Positions 8,176-17,720 are shown, counted from the stretch's first letter. The stretch: DNA of 32,000 bases from Candidatus Woesearchaeota archaeon (GCA_016177615.1 JACOUX010000012.1:65318-97317), one strand, 5' to 3'. Notes: generated by a model from the letters alone, not told the origin. Program-made: numbers and translations.

Positions 8176-11100
8176 CTAGTTTACCCTTGTTTTTGCAATA
8201 ATCTCTACCACACCCGGATCAGCCAATGTTGTTATATTCCCGTAATCTGTTTTTCCTTCTGCAATTGCTTTCAGTATCCTCCTCATTATCTTCCCGCTTC
8301 TTGTCTTCGGCAGCTCATCTGCAAATTGGATCTTATCGGGCTTTGCGATTGGTCCAATGTGCTGCGCAACATACTTTCTCAACTCTTCTTTCAGTGCTTC
8401 ATCCTTTGAAATGCCTTTTTTCAAAACGACAAATGCATAGATTGCTTGCCCTTTAACTTCATGCGGATATGGAACAACCGCTGCTTCTGCAACTGCCTCA
8501 TGGCTAACCAAAGAGCTTTCAACTTCAGCGCTTCCTATCCTATGCCCGGCTACCTTAATGACGTCATCAATCCTTCCCATTACCCAGAAATAGCCATCTT
8601 CATCTATCTTTGCGCTGTCTCCGGTTAAGTAAACTCCGAATTTTTCAAAATAAGTTTTCTTGTACATGTCTGGGTTGTTCCAGATTGTCCTCAGCATCCC
8701 TGGCCATGGATTTTTTATGACAAGATAGCCGCCTTCATTGGAATTTGCCTTTGTTCCATCTTCCCTTAAGACTTCGGCAGCAATCCCGAAAAACGGCAAT
8801 GTTGCAGAGCCTGGCTTCAATGGGGTTGCTCCTGGCAAGGGGCTTATTAAAATGCCCCCTGTTTCTGTCTGCCACCATGTGTCCACAATCGGGCATTTTT
8901 TCTTTCCAATCACATTATGATACCACATCCACGCTTCCGGATTTATCGGTTCCCCAACCGTTCCCAGCAGTCTTAGCGGGCTTAAATCACATTTATTTGG
9001 CCAGTCATCGCCCTCTTTTGCCAGTGCCCTTATTGCAGTAGGCGCAGTGTAAAAAATTGTAGCTTTATGCTTTTCAATTATTCTCCAAAACCTGTCTGGC
9101 TTGGGATAAGTCGGAGAGCCTTCATACATCACAACAGTTGCCCCATTTGATAAAGGGCCATAAACAATGTATGAATGCCCGGTAATCCATCCAATGTCTG
9201 CAGTGCAGAAATAAATATCCTTGTCTTTAATGTCAAAAATATACTTAAATGTCTGGTTTGCATAAAGCAAATATCCTGCCTGTGTATGTAAAATACCTTT
9301 TGGCTTTCCTGTTGTGTTATGGGTAATAAAACCATTAACTACATAATTATGATTTTTTCCTGCTGTTAAATCATAAACAAAATCAGAATCATTGCCGATC
9401 TCGTTAATTTCTAAAATCTTCTCTAAAACCATTCCTTTAATGCCAATTAATGCCTGAATTTTATTTCTAATTAATTCCAATTTTCTTGATGTATCCCCTT
9501 CTGCACTATTAATCTTAGCATCTAAGAAAGTCCTGATTGCTATTAATCCATTTTTATCGGTCTCATTATAATAAACAAATTTGATAATTTTATTAAATTC
9601 GCCTTTCCAGTCTACTTTGATCACCTTAGTGACTTCTTTTAGTAAGGAAAAAATGGTAAATCTTTCTTTTGGGATTATTTTTCTTGATAAGAGCTTGTCC
9701 ATTAAATTCTTGAGCCTGACACCTTTATTAATATCAGAAAAATGAATTTCATTATAGAACACATGAAGAGATTCTCTCTGGGATATAATCAAATCAAAAT
9801 AGTTCGTTTCTTTTATTTTACGATTTCTTATTTGCCTTTCTCTGCTTTTTCCATGGTAAACATTGGACACAATACCAAAACGTCTAAGCAATAATTGCAC
9901 TATCCTAATGAGTTCTTCGCTGGTATTTGACAATTTAACAAAGCTACGCCCTATTGTGCCCTCTGCATCAAATATTCCCCTCAAAAACCCAGCAATACAA
10001 ACATTCTCGCTTCTTTGAATTATTTTTGGCACGCCTCTGCTTCTGCTCTTACGAATAATTTCAGAAAAATTATATTTTATGTAATTCGCAAGGATAGAAC
10101 TGTTAACCAGTAATCTTTGCCTTTCTATTTTTCTTATATTACCTGTTAGCTGTAACTCATTTTTTATTAAATCCCTATAAAACATTAGGTTGTTTTTATC
10201 CTTGTCAGTAAATATTATGCTTCTTTTATCGAGATGCCCATCACCCAAAAAATATCCGATAATCTGTGCAAAATTTGCTGTAAGGAAATTATTAATTTTT
10301 GGGATATTTTTTGGTCTATAGGTTGTTATGTTTCTGTAAGTCTTTTCTTGGTTGATATCAGGCAATTTTTGCATTTCTCCTTTTATGTTTATCTTTGACA
10401 CCACAAATACTTTATCTTCTTTATTCAGACTGCCAGCTTCCTTTTCTACTATGTTTCCATACTCATCTAAAGAAAATAATCTATGGTTAGGGGTAAAAAT
10501 ACCTTCGAATGAAGGTGTCCTCACCTTAATCAAAAGAGAGTTGCTAGGATATTTATGATGATGTGTAATACTATCTTCTGTTTGAACAAAATGGTTTGGG
10601 TCTAAATTAATTATACTCGTTTTCAGGTTATTATCATTAATGTCTTTTATTTTTACAATTTCCCCATTTGATAGCTGTATTAAAGAATTGGCGTGGCAAC
10701 ATCCGCTAGTGTAAAGTATAAATAAAGATTCTTCTGCATGCAGGAATTCAGGGGCGCATTCATCTAAAATATTTTTGTCATTTATCAATTCATGCCACCA
10801 ATAATCTCTATCATTAACCATATTAATTTTGTTTTCCGCTCTTTTTACAACTATAACATTCCTTATGCTAGGGCATTCTTGCAATGCGGCATCTGCATTT
10901 TCCTTCAGCGGAAAGATTTTTCCGTTTCTAAAGCTTCCATCAGCAGTTATTAAAATTTCTGCATTGGAATCCTGTATCCTGTCTTTTAATGCGTCAGAGC
11001 TGAAGCCTGCAAAAACAACAGAGTGGATTGCGCCAATTCTCGCGCATGCAAGCATTGCAATCGGCAATTCTGGAATCATTGGAAGGTAAATCTCAACTAT

Positions 11101-11514
11101 GTGCCCTTTTGAAATGCCCCTTCCTTTTAAGACATTAGCAAGCCTGCAGACTTCCTGAAGCAGCTGCTTATAGGTGTAATTCTTTATTTCACCTGATTCT
11201 GATTCCCAGATAAAAGCCAGCTTGTCTTTTTTACCTGATTTTATTATCCTGTCAAGGCAGTTATATGAAACATTGAGGTACCCCCCTTCAAACCATTTGA
11301 AAAACCCCATGTCGTTCCTGAAAACAACATCCCACTTTTTGAACCATTCCAGCTCATTTGCTTTTCCTGCCCAAAATGCTTCTGGATTCTCAATGGATTT
11401 TTTGTACAGCTTTGCATAAGACTGCATATTTTTGATATGGGAGCCTCTGCTGAACTCATGCGACGGATAAAAAACCCTGTTTTCCTTCAGAATTGAATCT
11501 ATATAATCAGCCAT
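8176..11514 (-). CDS. acs: Acetyl-CoA synthetase (AMP-forming) precursor, interrupted by an intein
   Basis: Exteins carry canonical Acs motifs: YTSG|TTGKPKG (split by the insert), TWWQTETGG, YLTGDSAKIDEDGYFWVMGRIDDVIKVAGHRIGSAEVE and PKTRSGKIMRR. N-extein 271 aa plus C-extein 379 aa gives 650 aa, a normal Acs length. Confidence 0.9.
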   Translation of the reverse strand: MADYIDSILKENRVFYPSHEFSRGSHIKNMQSYAKLYKKSIENPEAFWAGKANELEWFKKWDVVFRNDMGFFKWFEGGYLNVSYNCLDRIIKSGKKDKLAFIWESESGEIKNYTYKQLLQEVCRLANVLKGRGISKGHIVEIYLPMIPELPIAMLACARIGAIHSVVFAGFSSDALKDRIQDSNAEILITADGSFRNGKIFPLKENADAALQECPSIRNVIVVKRAENKINMVNDRDYWWHELINDKNILDECAPEFLHAEESLFILYTSGCCHANSLIQLSNGEIVKIKDINDNNLKTSIINLDPNHFVQTEDSITHHHKYPSNSLLIKVRTPSFEGIFTPNHRLFSLDEYGNIVEKEAGSLNKEDKVFVVSKINIKGEMQKLPDINQEKTYRNITTYRPKNIPKINNFLTANFAQIIGYFLGDGHLDKRSIIFTDKDKNNLMFYRDLIKNELQLTGNIRKIERQRLLVNSSILANYIKYNFSEIIRKSRSRGVPKIIQRSENVCIAGFLRGIFDAEGTIGRSFVKLSNTSEELIRIVQLLLRRFGIVSNVYHGKSRERQIRNRKIKETNYFDLIISQRESLHVFYNEIHFSDINKGVRLKNLMDKLLSRKIIPKERFTIFSLLKEVTKVIKVDWKGEFNKIIKFVYYNETDKNGLIAIRTFLDAKINSAEGDTSRKLELIRNKIQALIGIKGMVLEKILEINEIGNDSDFVYDLTAGKNHNYVVNGFITHNTTGKPKGILHTQAGYLLYANQTFKYIFDIKDKDIYFCTADIGWITGHSYIVYGPLSNGATVVMYEGSPTYPKPDRFWRIIEKHKATIFYTAPTAIRALAKEGDDWPNKCDLSPLRLLGTVGEPINPEAWMWYHNVIGKKKCPIVDTWWQTETGGILISPLPGATPLKPGSATLPFFGIAAEVLREDGTKANSNEGGYLVIKNPWPGMLRTIWNNPDMYKKTYFEKFGVYLTGDSAKIDEDGYFWVMGRIDDVIKVAGHRIGSAEVESSLVSHEAVAEAAVVPYPHEVKGQAIYAFVVLKKGISKDEALKEELRKYVAQHIGPIAKPDKIQFADELPKTRSGKIMRRILKAIAEGKTDYGNITTLADPGVVEIIAKTRVN
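9316..10701 (-). mobile_element. Intein of 462 aa with an embedded LAGLIDADG homing endonuclease, inserted in the Acs AMP-binding loop
   Basis: Begins with Cys (CCHANSLIQLSNGE, codon 10699-10701) and has block B TPNH. LAGLIDADG motifs are IIGYFLGDGHL and IAGFLRGIFDAEGT. It ends DFVYDLTAGKNHNYVVNGFITHN (Asn codon 9316-9318) with +1 Thr. Removal restores YTSG-TTGKPKG. Spot counts show 17/60 G+C at 9361-9420 versus 30/60 in extein 8761-8820. Confidence 0.85.
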
Positions 11515-11588
11515 AATAACCTCTTTTTGCAGTTAAACTGGCTTTGCTGTTTAAAAAACTTTTTATATCCAAAAACAAATCCTAAGAT
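11515..11588. promoter_or_regulatory. Divergent promoter region between acs and yjbQ-like/mbf1
   Basis: TATA-like ttttatat at 11561-11568, about 25 nt upstream of the GTG start at 11589. This spacing suits a leaderless archaeal transcript. Confidence 0.35.
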
Positions 11589-11996
11589 GTGGAAGAGATT
11601 ACCTTATCAACCAGGAAAAAGCAGGAATTGATAGACATAACCACGCAAGTGAACTCTATAGTCAAGAAATCAAAAATAATGAATGGCATTTGCAATATAT
11701 TCACGGCGCATGCCACAGGAGCAATAATCATAAATGAAAATTATGACCCGAATATTTGCCTTGACATGATTGATGCCTTAAACAAGCTTGTTCCGGCTGG
11801 AATCTGGCGGCATGACAGGATTGATGGAAATGCAGACGCACATATAAAATCTGCAATTCTGGGCCCTTCAGAAACAATACCTATAAATAACGGCAAACTG
11901 GCATTGGGTCAATGGCAAGCGCTTCAATTTTGTGAATTGGACGGTCCTAGAAGGGATAGAAAAATAATCGTGACAGTAATGGGTGATAAAGAATGA
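11589..11996 (+). CDS. YjbQ/UPF0047-family protein (secondary thiamine-phosphate synthase family)
   Basis: 135 aa with FTAHATGAIIINENYDPNI and GNADAHIKSAILGPSETIPI, typical of the YjbQ family. GTG start; ATGA overlap with mbf1 at 11993-11996. Confidence 0.8.
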   Translation: MEEITLSTRKKQELIDITTQVNSIVKKSKIMNGICNIFTAHATGAIIINENYDPNICLDMIDALNKLVPAGIWRHDRIDGNADAHIKSAILGPSETIPINNGKLALGQWQALQFCELDGPRRDRKIIVTVMGDKE

Positions 11997-12439
11997 ATTG
12001 CGACTTGTGCGGCAAATCTGATGAAAGCCTGAAAAGGGCCGTAATAGAAAGTGTCGAGCTTAATGTGTGCCCAAGATGCAGCAAATTTGGAAAAATTATT
12101 GGAAATCTGGCTAGCCATAAAATTGCGCCAAAGAAAGCTGCAGCCGCTCCAAAGGAAGAAAAAGTTGAGCTGCTGGTTGAGAATTATGCTGAAATAATCA
12201 GGAATAAAAGAGAGTCAATGGGGCTAAGCCAGAAGGACTTTGCGCTTAGAATTAATGAAAAGGAATCTGTTGTTCACAAGATAGAAACTGGCCATTTTGA
12301 GCCGCAGCTGGCAGTGGCAAAAAGGCTTGGGAAGATATTAGGAATCAAGCTTGTCGAGGAGCACGAAGAGGGACATTCGCCAGTCGAAAAGAAAAAATAT
12401 GATGGGTTTACATTAGGCGACTTTATAAAGATAAAATAA
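11993..12439 (+). CDS. mbf1: Archaeal multiprotein-bridging factor 1 (zinc ribbon plus Cro/C1-type HTH)
   Basis: N-terminal C-x2-C...C-x2-C (CDLCG...CPRCSKFG) and C-terminal HTH RESMGLSQKDFALRINEKESVVHKIETG. Confidence 0.85.
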   Translation: MNCDLCGKSDESLKRAVIESVELNVCPRCSKFGKIIGNLASHKIAPKKAAAAPKEEKVELLVENYAEIIRNKRESMGLSQKDFALRINEKESVVHKIETGHFEPQLAVAKRLGKILGIKLVEEHEEGHSPVEKKKYDGFTLGDFIKIK

Positions 12440-12458
12440 TGAATTCTAAATTCTTAGG

Positions 12459-12701
12459 CTATCTGCCAAAAATCAGGTATTCACATCTGCCGGCATTTTC
12501 CCTATATAAAATTTTTAATCTGCTGTTCATCATGGCAACAAGCTTTTTTGTCTCCCCTATACAGCTGTCATCATGCAATGGGCACGGGAGCAAATCGCAG
12601 CTGTTGAACAGGACTGTGCCGGCATCATTAGATTTCGCCTGCAGCCCTTTTGATTTCCCTGAATCATATAAAGGATAATACATAAGCTCGTCCGCTTTCA
12701 T
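12459..12701 (-). CDS. Small Cys-rich hypothetical protein (80 aa), last gene of the glycosyltransferase operon. Choice of strand is uncertain
   Basis: ATGA overlap (12698-12701) with the upstream GT-C gene and a globular-looking composition with CDLLPCPLHDDSC. A competing plus-strand ORF (12439-12678) covers the same DNA. Confidence 0.35.
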   Translation of the reverse strand: MKADELMYYPLYDSGKSKGLQAKSNDAGTVLFNSCDLLPCPLHDDSCIGETKKLVAMMNSRLKILYRENAGRCEYLIFGR

Positions 12702-13759
12702 AACCTGTCAAATCTTAATTGAGGCGCAACCTGGAATATTGACAATGCAAGAATTATAGCCAAAGCTAAATTGATATGCTTTTTGAAAAGTTTGGCAAAA
12801 TAAAGGAGCCCAATGCCTGCAGCTATGTAAAGAAACGGTAAAATCGGTATGAGGATCCTCATTTCCTTGTGGCTGGCCAAAATATAAGGCAGGAAGGGAA
12901 GCAATAGCATCAAAGCAAATGACTTCTTCATGGCATCCTTACTCCTGAAAATGGTTATTATTCCTATAATTGAAAAAATTGAAACGAAATTTTCTTTTGC
13001 GAGCCCGATGAAATAGAAATAAATGCCCTGATGGTAAATCCAGCCCGTATATTTTGTCATAAATGCCTGAAGCTGGAATGGGTAGAAAATGTTCCCATAG
13101 AGGTATAGGTTAAGTAAAAGGTAAGGAAGCACAGGAGCCAAAAATGAAGCTGCAAAAACAATAATGTTTTTTACAGAATATTTTTTCTTATACAGGCAGT
13201 ATAGATAAGCAAAAATTACGGGAATTATTGAAAATATCTGGAAAAACCTTGTTATGAAGGATATTCCCAAAAATAGCCCGGCAAACGCGTGCTTTCTTGC
13301 TACAAAAAAATATATTCCTGCCAGTAAAAAAAATGTTGATATTATTTCTGAATAGAGGATATTTCCGAAAAGAAAAAATGTTGGCGAAAAGGCCAAAAAA
13401 AGACCTGCAAAAAAAGCTGTTTTTCTGCCAAAAAGCTTTGAGGATATTAAATAAGTCAGTATGATGCACCCAAGGCTTGCCAAGCCCACTGTAATCTTCC
13501 CAAACAGAATCGGGTCTAAGCCTATTTTCCAGAAAAATCCAAGCATCAGGGGCCATCCCAACGGCCTTGAAGCTTCCCACAGCCCTGACTGGCCAAAAGA
13601 ATAGATATGCTTGCCCATTCCGATGTAAACTGACGAGTCCCACCACATGTCGCTTTCAACCGAAAAAGAGAATATCCTCGATATGGCTGATAATATTGCT
13701 ACAAGAATAAAAAGCCAGTCAAAATATTGTTCCTTTTTCCTGATAAATATCTTATTCAT
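12698..13759 (-). CDS. GT-C fold membrane glycosyltransferase (GT39/GT83, ArnT/PMT-like)
   Basis: 353 aa with about 10 hydrophobic helices. The first-loop acidic motif is WWDSSVYIGMG, and the overall pattern is that of dolichyl/undecaprenyl-phosphate-sugar-dependent transferases. Confidence 0.65.
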   Translation of the reverse strand: MNKIFIRKKEQYFDWLFILVAILSAISRIFSFSVESDMWWDSSVYIGMGKHIYSFGQSGLWEASRPLGWPLMLGFFWKIGLDPILFGKITVGLASLGCIILTYLISSKLFGRKTAFFAGLFLAFSPTFFLFGNILYSEIISTFFLLAGIYFFVARKHAFAGLFLGISFITRFFQIFSIIPVIFAYLYCLYKKKYSVKNIIVFAASFLAPVLPYLLLNLYLYGNIFYPFQLQAFMTKYTGWIYHQGIYFYFIGLAKENFVSIFSIIGIITIFRSKDAMKKSFALMLLLPFLPYILASHKEMRILIPILPFLYIAAGIGLLYFAKLFKKHINLALAIILALSIFQVAPQLRFDRL

Positions 13760-15020
13760 TCTTCTTCCAGATATTTGGCTGCCTCTTCCTAAAATATTCT
13801 GGCAGGCAGGTTATGTAGATGCACATTATAAGGAGCCAGAAGGGAAACATGAAAACAAATGGTATAAGGTGCCTAAAATCAAACTTCCTGTCAAACTTGA
13901 ATATTGCCAAAAGAATCAACGGGTATGTCAAGAATGTTGAGGCAAGTCCTGCCATAACTGCAAGCGTCAATGGTGTTTGGCCTGAGAATACGCTTACTGT
14001 CCACCTTATAAAGCCAACGATTGAAAGCCACTCAAAAAAGAACCTGAGAACATAGATGTTAAAGTAAATACCCTTCGAGAAAAAGTACGTGATGTATCCG
14101 GAAATTATTTGGTATAATGTGAATGATCCCATTACAACTGCCTGCACATAAGTAAAGAGGAATATAGGCAAAGTATAAAGGTCTATTATTGTATTGTTCA
14201 GTTGAACATGCTTCTTAAGTATGTTTATCACGCCTCTTGCAAATCTTGTCCTCTGCCTGAAAAATCCCTTTAAGTCATACGGCATGTTGGTTTCTGAAAC
14301 TGCGCCTTCTGCAAAGCTTATCCTGCTGCCTTTTCTTATCAGCCTTACAGCAACATCTATGTCTTCTGAAAATCCTTCTGCGCTGAATCCCCCTATCTCA
14401 ACCAAATTCTTTTTTACGTAGGCGCTTAATGGCCCGGGTGTGGTTATATTGGCGCCTATCTTCGAGAACAAAAGGCGCATGAGGGAATTGTAGAGCTGCT
14501 CTATATGAACCCACATGCATACAAATTTGTCTCTGTTCCTGACTTTTACCACGCTGCAGACCCCTGCAACATTGTCTCGTGACAGCTCTTCTGCCACTTC
14601 TGCCAGGCCATTCTTGTTGATTGTGCTGTCTGCATCCACAATAGCTATTATCTCGCCTTTTGCAGCTGAAAGCGCCTTGTTTATGGAAGCTGACTTGCCG
14701 CTATGCGCTGTCCTTATAAGCCTGACGTTCCTGAATTCTCTGGCGATAGAAGAAGTCTTGTCTCTGCTGCCGTCATCAACTACTATTATTTCCTTTTTGC
14801 CGCTAAAATCAGCTGAAATTACAGACTCAATGCATTCCCTTATGTAAGTTTCCTCATTGTGGGCGGGTATTATTATTGTTATGCTGGAAAATTTCTTCTT
14901 TTTTTCCGGCTTTTTTCTTTTTATGAAGAGCAAAACATAATAAGACACTACCACTATCAAAAATAAGACTGTTATAACATATGCTAATTGTTCAAGAATT
15001 CCCATTTTCAATAATGCCAT
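13752..15020 (-). CDS. Family-2 glycosyltransferase, processive-synthase type with C-terminal TM helices
   Basis: IIIPAHNEE, IIVVDDGSRDKT, AIVDADS, SEDIDVA and FRQRTRFARG (a Q-x-x-R-F variant of QxxRW), followed by 4-5 TM helices. Confidence 0.85.
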   Translation of the reverse strand: MALLKMGILEQLAYVITVLFLIVVVSYYVLLFIKRKKPEKKKKFSSITIIIPAHNEETYIRECIESVISADFSGKKEIIVVDDGSRDKTSSIAREFRNVRLIRTAHSGKSASINKALSAAKGEIIAIVDADSTINKNGLAEVAEELSRDNVAGVCSVVKVRNRDKFVCMWVHIEQLYNSLMRLLFSKIGANITTPGPLSAYVKKNLVEIGGFSAEGFSEDIDVAVRLIRKGSRISFAEGAVSETNMPYDLKGFFRQRTRFARGVINILKKHVQLNNTIIDLYTLPIFLFTYVQAVVMGSFTLYQIISGYITYFFSKGIYFNIYVLRFFFEWLSIVGFIRWTVSVFSGQTPLTLAVMAGLASTFLTYPLILLAIFKFDRKFDFRHLIPFVFMFPFWLLIMCIYITCLPEYFRKRQPNIWKKNE

Positions 15021-16245
15021 AGTTGGCTGCCTTTGGCGTGCAGAACCATCTGGGTTTGCTGTTTATGACTGCCCTGAAGAATGCCATGCTGTTGGCTGCT
15101 GCCAGCACGATGCCCAAAGTTACTGAAGATAATAATAGGTATGGGAACTCGCTCAGCTGTCCTTTCCTGTATAAAGCAAGCATCCCGATAAGAAGGAAAC
15201 CGGACGTGAAGAAAAGCCTTGATAACAGTGTTATGAAGTCGCTGATTGTGAACAGGTTCAAGTCGCCGATGAACCAGCCTGCAAGCCCGAACATGGTCAT
15301 CAAAACGACTACTGGAGCTACTATATTTCCAAGTGTCAGGTATGCCACCATCATCTTCCTGCCAAATGAGAGTTTTTTCCCGAATAGTATGCTGAATGCA
15401 TTGTCAAAGAACGCCCTTGCATTCCCATAGCACCATCTCATCTGCTGCTTGATAAATCCTTCAAAGGTTTCAGGCACCTCGCTTTGGGTCTCAAAATCAA
15501 GGTATACGGAATCCCATCCTTTCAGCAATAGGTTTATCGTCAAGTCTGAGTCTTCTGTCAGGCTCTCGGCATTCCATCCTCCTGCTTCCAGGAATGCAGA
15601 TCTTCTTATTGCCCCTGCAGTGCCGCAAAAAAACACGCAACCAATCCTGTTGTTTATCGGCATTATTATTGAATGGTATATAGTAAGCAGGTACGCTCCA
15701 AATCTCGTAATGAGGTTTTTGTCCTTGTTGTAGAAGCCCTGGCCAGCCTGCACTATGGCCACTTTTGGGTCAGAAAACGGCCTTACAATTTTTTTAAGAA
15801 AATCTTTTTCTGGGATCCAGTCAGCGTCAAATATCACTATGATATCTCCTTTGGAAATTTTCATTGCATTTTGCAGCGCTCCTGCTTTGAAATTCTCCCT
15901 GTTATTCCTGTGCAGGTACTTAACTAAAGACGGGTTCTCGGCAGCATGCCTTTTCAGCGCCTGCCTTGTTTTGGCATTTGTGCTGTCATCAACTATTATT
16001 ATCTCATATTTTTCCTTTGGATAGTCGAAGCCTAGGCATTGATTGACGCACCTGTCTGCAACCGGGTCATTGTAAGCAGGTATCTGAACGCTGATAAACG
16101 GAAGCTCCTTCAGCTTTTTGTAACGCTTGCCTTCCTTATAGATGAACAGGTTCGCAAAAGAAAGGAAAATGAAGAGTATGGAGAAGAATATTATTGGCAT
16201 GAGTGTCAGGTTATACAAAAACAGCGTTAATTCGTGCGGCGTCAT
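14992..16245 (-). CDS. Family-2 glycosyltransferase, cellulose/chitin/PNAG-synthase-like processive type
   Basis: N-terminal TM, VQIPAYND, IIIVDDSTN, VIFDADW, TEDSDLT, canonical QQMRWCYG and C-terminal TM helices. It overlaps the next GT2 gene by 29 nt. Confidence 0.85.
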   Translation of the reverse strand: MTPHELTLFLYNLTLMPIIFFSILFIFLSFANLFIYKEGKRYKKLKELPFISVQIPAYNDPVADRCVNQCLGFDYPKEKYEIIIVDDSTNAKTRQALKRHAAENPSLVKYLHRNNRENFKAGALQNAMKISKGDIIVIFDADWIPEKDFLKKIVRPFSDPKVAIVQAGQGFYNKDKNLITRFGAYLLTIYHSIIMPINNRIGCVFFCGTAGAIRRSAFLEAGGWNAESLTEDSDLTINLLLKGWDSVYLDFETQSEVPETFEGFIKQQMRWCYGNARAFFDNAFSILFGKKLSFGRKMMVAYLTLGNIVAPVVVLMTMFGLAGWFIGDLNLFTISDFITLLSRLFFTSGFLLIGMLALYRKGQLSEFPYLLLSSVTLGIVLAAANSMAFFRAVINSKPRWFCTPKAANYGIIENGNS

Positions 16246-16246
16246 T

Positions 16247-16987
16247 TTAGTTTCCTATTGTGTACTCGTGCTCCCTTACGGCTTGCCTGAATTTTGCATA
16301 GCTTGGAACACCGTCAATTACTATATTGGACCTGCCATTTAGCCCTATGTAAAACCTCGGGCTTATCCCCACAATCCCAAAGTTTTCAACCTCGGCAGCA
16401 TCCATCTTTATATCTTTCATATCCGGATTATTAATGCATTCGTCAAATTCTTTTTTTGAAATTTTGTGTTTGTCCAAAAGGCTTCTTATGCCGTCATTCT
16501 GCACATTTAACCTGAGTGCATCAAAATAAAGCCCATAAAATGCTTCACTATTCAGCGAAGATACGCATAGCAAGCTTGCAGCATATATAAACTTATTATT
16601 TTTGGCTGCTATGTCATCATTAGTAATGTAATATTTAGCGTAGAATTTGGCTTTTCCTGTGCTTACATAATCTTTATCAAATCCAGGGAACACATCAAGC
16701 ATGAATTCCCTTGAAGACTCTGAGCCAGGGTCCAAAAATCCTGTCACAGTTATGCTTGCATTTCCGTCTCCATAATAGCTGCGGCCATAAATTGAAGGCG
16801 CTGATACATATAGCCCATAAAAGTTATTTGGGGATGGCTTTAGGCCCTCCTTTATTATTTTGTTGTTTGCGTACCCTTTTTTATAAAAACCATAAATATT
16901 GGCGGTTGAAAATATTAGGAATATAACCAGCAATAAGGCTGGAAAGATTGCTTTATTTTTTCTTTTCTTAGCTGCCATTGCCGCCAC
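16247..16987 (-). CDS. Signal-anchored DsbA/Thioredoxin_4-like protein lacking the CxxC active site
   Basis: FLDPGSESSREF aligns position-for-position with the DsbA-family FsDfqCPfCarF motif, with both Cys replaced by Ser (codons 16712-16723). N-terminal anchor is AIFPALLLVIFLIFSTA. Confidence 0.5.
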   Translation of the reverse strand: MAAMAAKKRKNKAIFPALLLVIFLIFSTANIYGFYKKGYANNKIIKEGLKPSPNNFYGLYVSAPSIYGRSYYGDGNASITVTGFLDPGSESSREFMLDVFPGFDKDYVSTGKAKFYAKYYITNDDIAAKNNKFIYAASLLCVSSLNSEAFYGLYFDALRLNVQNDGIRSLLDKHKISKKEFDECINNPDMKDIKMDAAEVENFGIVGISPRFYIGLNGRSNIVIDGVPSYAKFRQAVREHEYTIGN

Positions 16988-17720
16988 TTCTCCTTGGAAA
17001 GTTCATCAGTTCCTGTGCAGTGAATAGCCTGCCCTGAAAGACTTTATCATTTATTATTATGGCTGGGACTGAATTTATGCCGTAATAGCTCTTAAGGTTT
17101 TTGGTGATTGTTTCTTCTGAATTGAAATCTACCGGGAACATGATAAGATCGCTGCTGCTGGCCAGTATTTTCTTGTTTAACTGGTCTATCTGCTGCCCCT
17201 GCTGCACACATAAAGGGCAGTCATTGGCATAGAAATAAAGCCCGTGTGCTATATTTATGTTGCACTTGTTGTACTGGGTTCTTGCTATAATCCATGTCCT
17301 GATTGAAAGGTGCTCGTATTGCTGTTTCAGCAGCAGGTACTCTTCTGAGGCTATGTTTTTTTCGTAATCCTCAATTCTGTAAGGAAGCTTGCTCCAGTAA
17401 TAACGCAGCTGCCTGATCATCTCATCGCGGGATATGTTCAGGAAATCGCACACTTGCGCTTGGCCAAGCGTCTCAATAAAAGTCTGCTCCAGCTGCATGT
17501 TTTTAAGGTTAGCATCGAGAAACTGGACATAGCTTTGAAGTGATCCGAGAGAGCTTTCAGTCTCTTTTTTGAAGATTTGGATGTCCTGCTTGGTCTCTTC
17601 CTTGACAAACTTGTTTGCATACAGGCCGCTGAGCACTCCAGCCAGATAAAGCACTATTGAAAGGATTATGGTAAAGATAATTATCTTTCTTCTCATTTTG
17701 TAAAATTTTCCTGCTGCCAT
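16968..17720 (-). CDS. Membrane-anchored thioredoxin-fold protein with a CPLC active site
   Basis: N-terminal TM IIIFTIILSIVLYLAGVLSGL and a coiled-coil-like linker. The Trx-like segment is YFYANDCPLCVQQG (Cys codons within 17208-17219) followed by VPAIIIND (cis-Pro loop). Confidence 0.6.
   Translation of the reverse strand: MAAGKFYKMRRKIIIFTIILSIVLYLAGVLSGLYANKFVKEETKQDIQIFKKETESSLGSLQSYVQFLDANLKNMQLEQTFIETLGQAQVCDFLNISRDEMIRQLRYYWSKLPYRIEDYEKNIASEEYLLLKQQYEHLSIRTWIIARTQYNKCNINIAHGLYFYANDCPLCVQQGQQIDQLNKKILASSSDLIMFPVDFNSEETITKNLKSYYGINSVPAIIINDKVFQGRLFTAQELMNFPRRSGGNGS

Noticed and set aside
13188-13646. 152-aa ORF in an alternative minus-strand frame of the GT-C gene, plus other internal ORFs in the track (7292-7717, 26734-27144, 15023-15430, 8745-9041)
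   Set aside because: All lie in alternative frames or opposite strands of long genes with clear family signatures. None shows a motif of its own.
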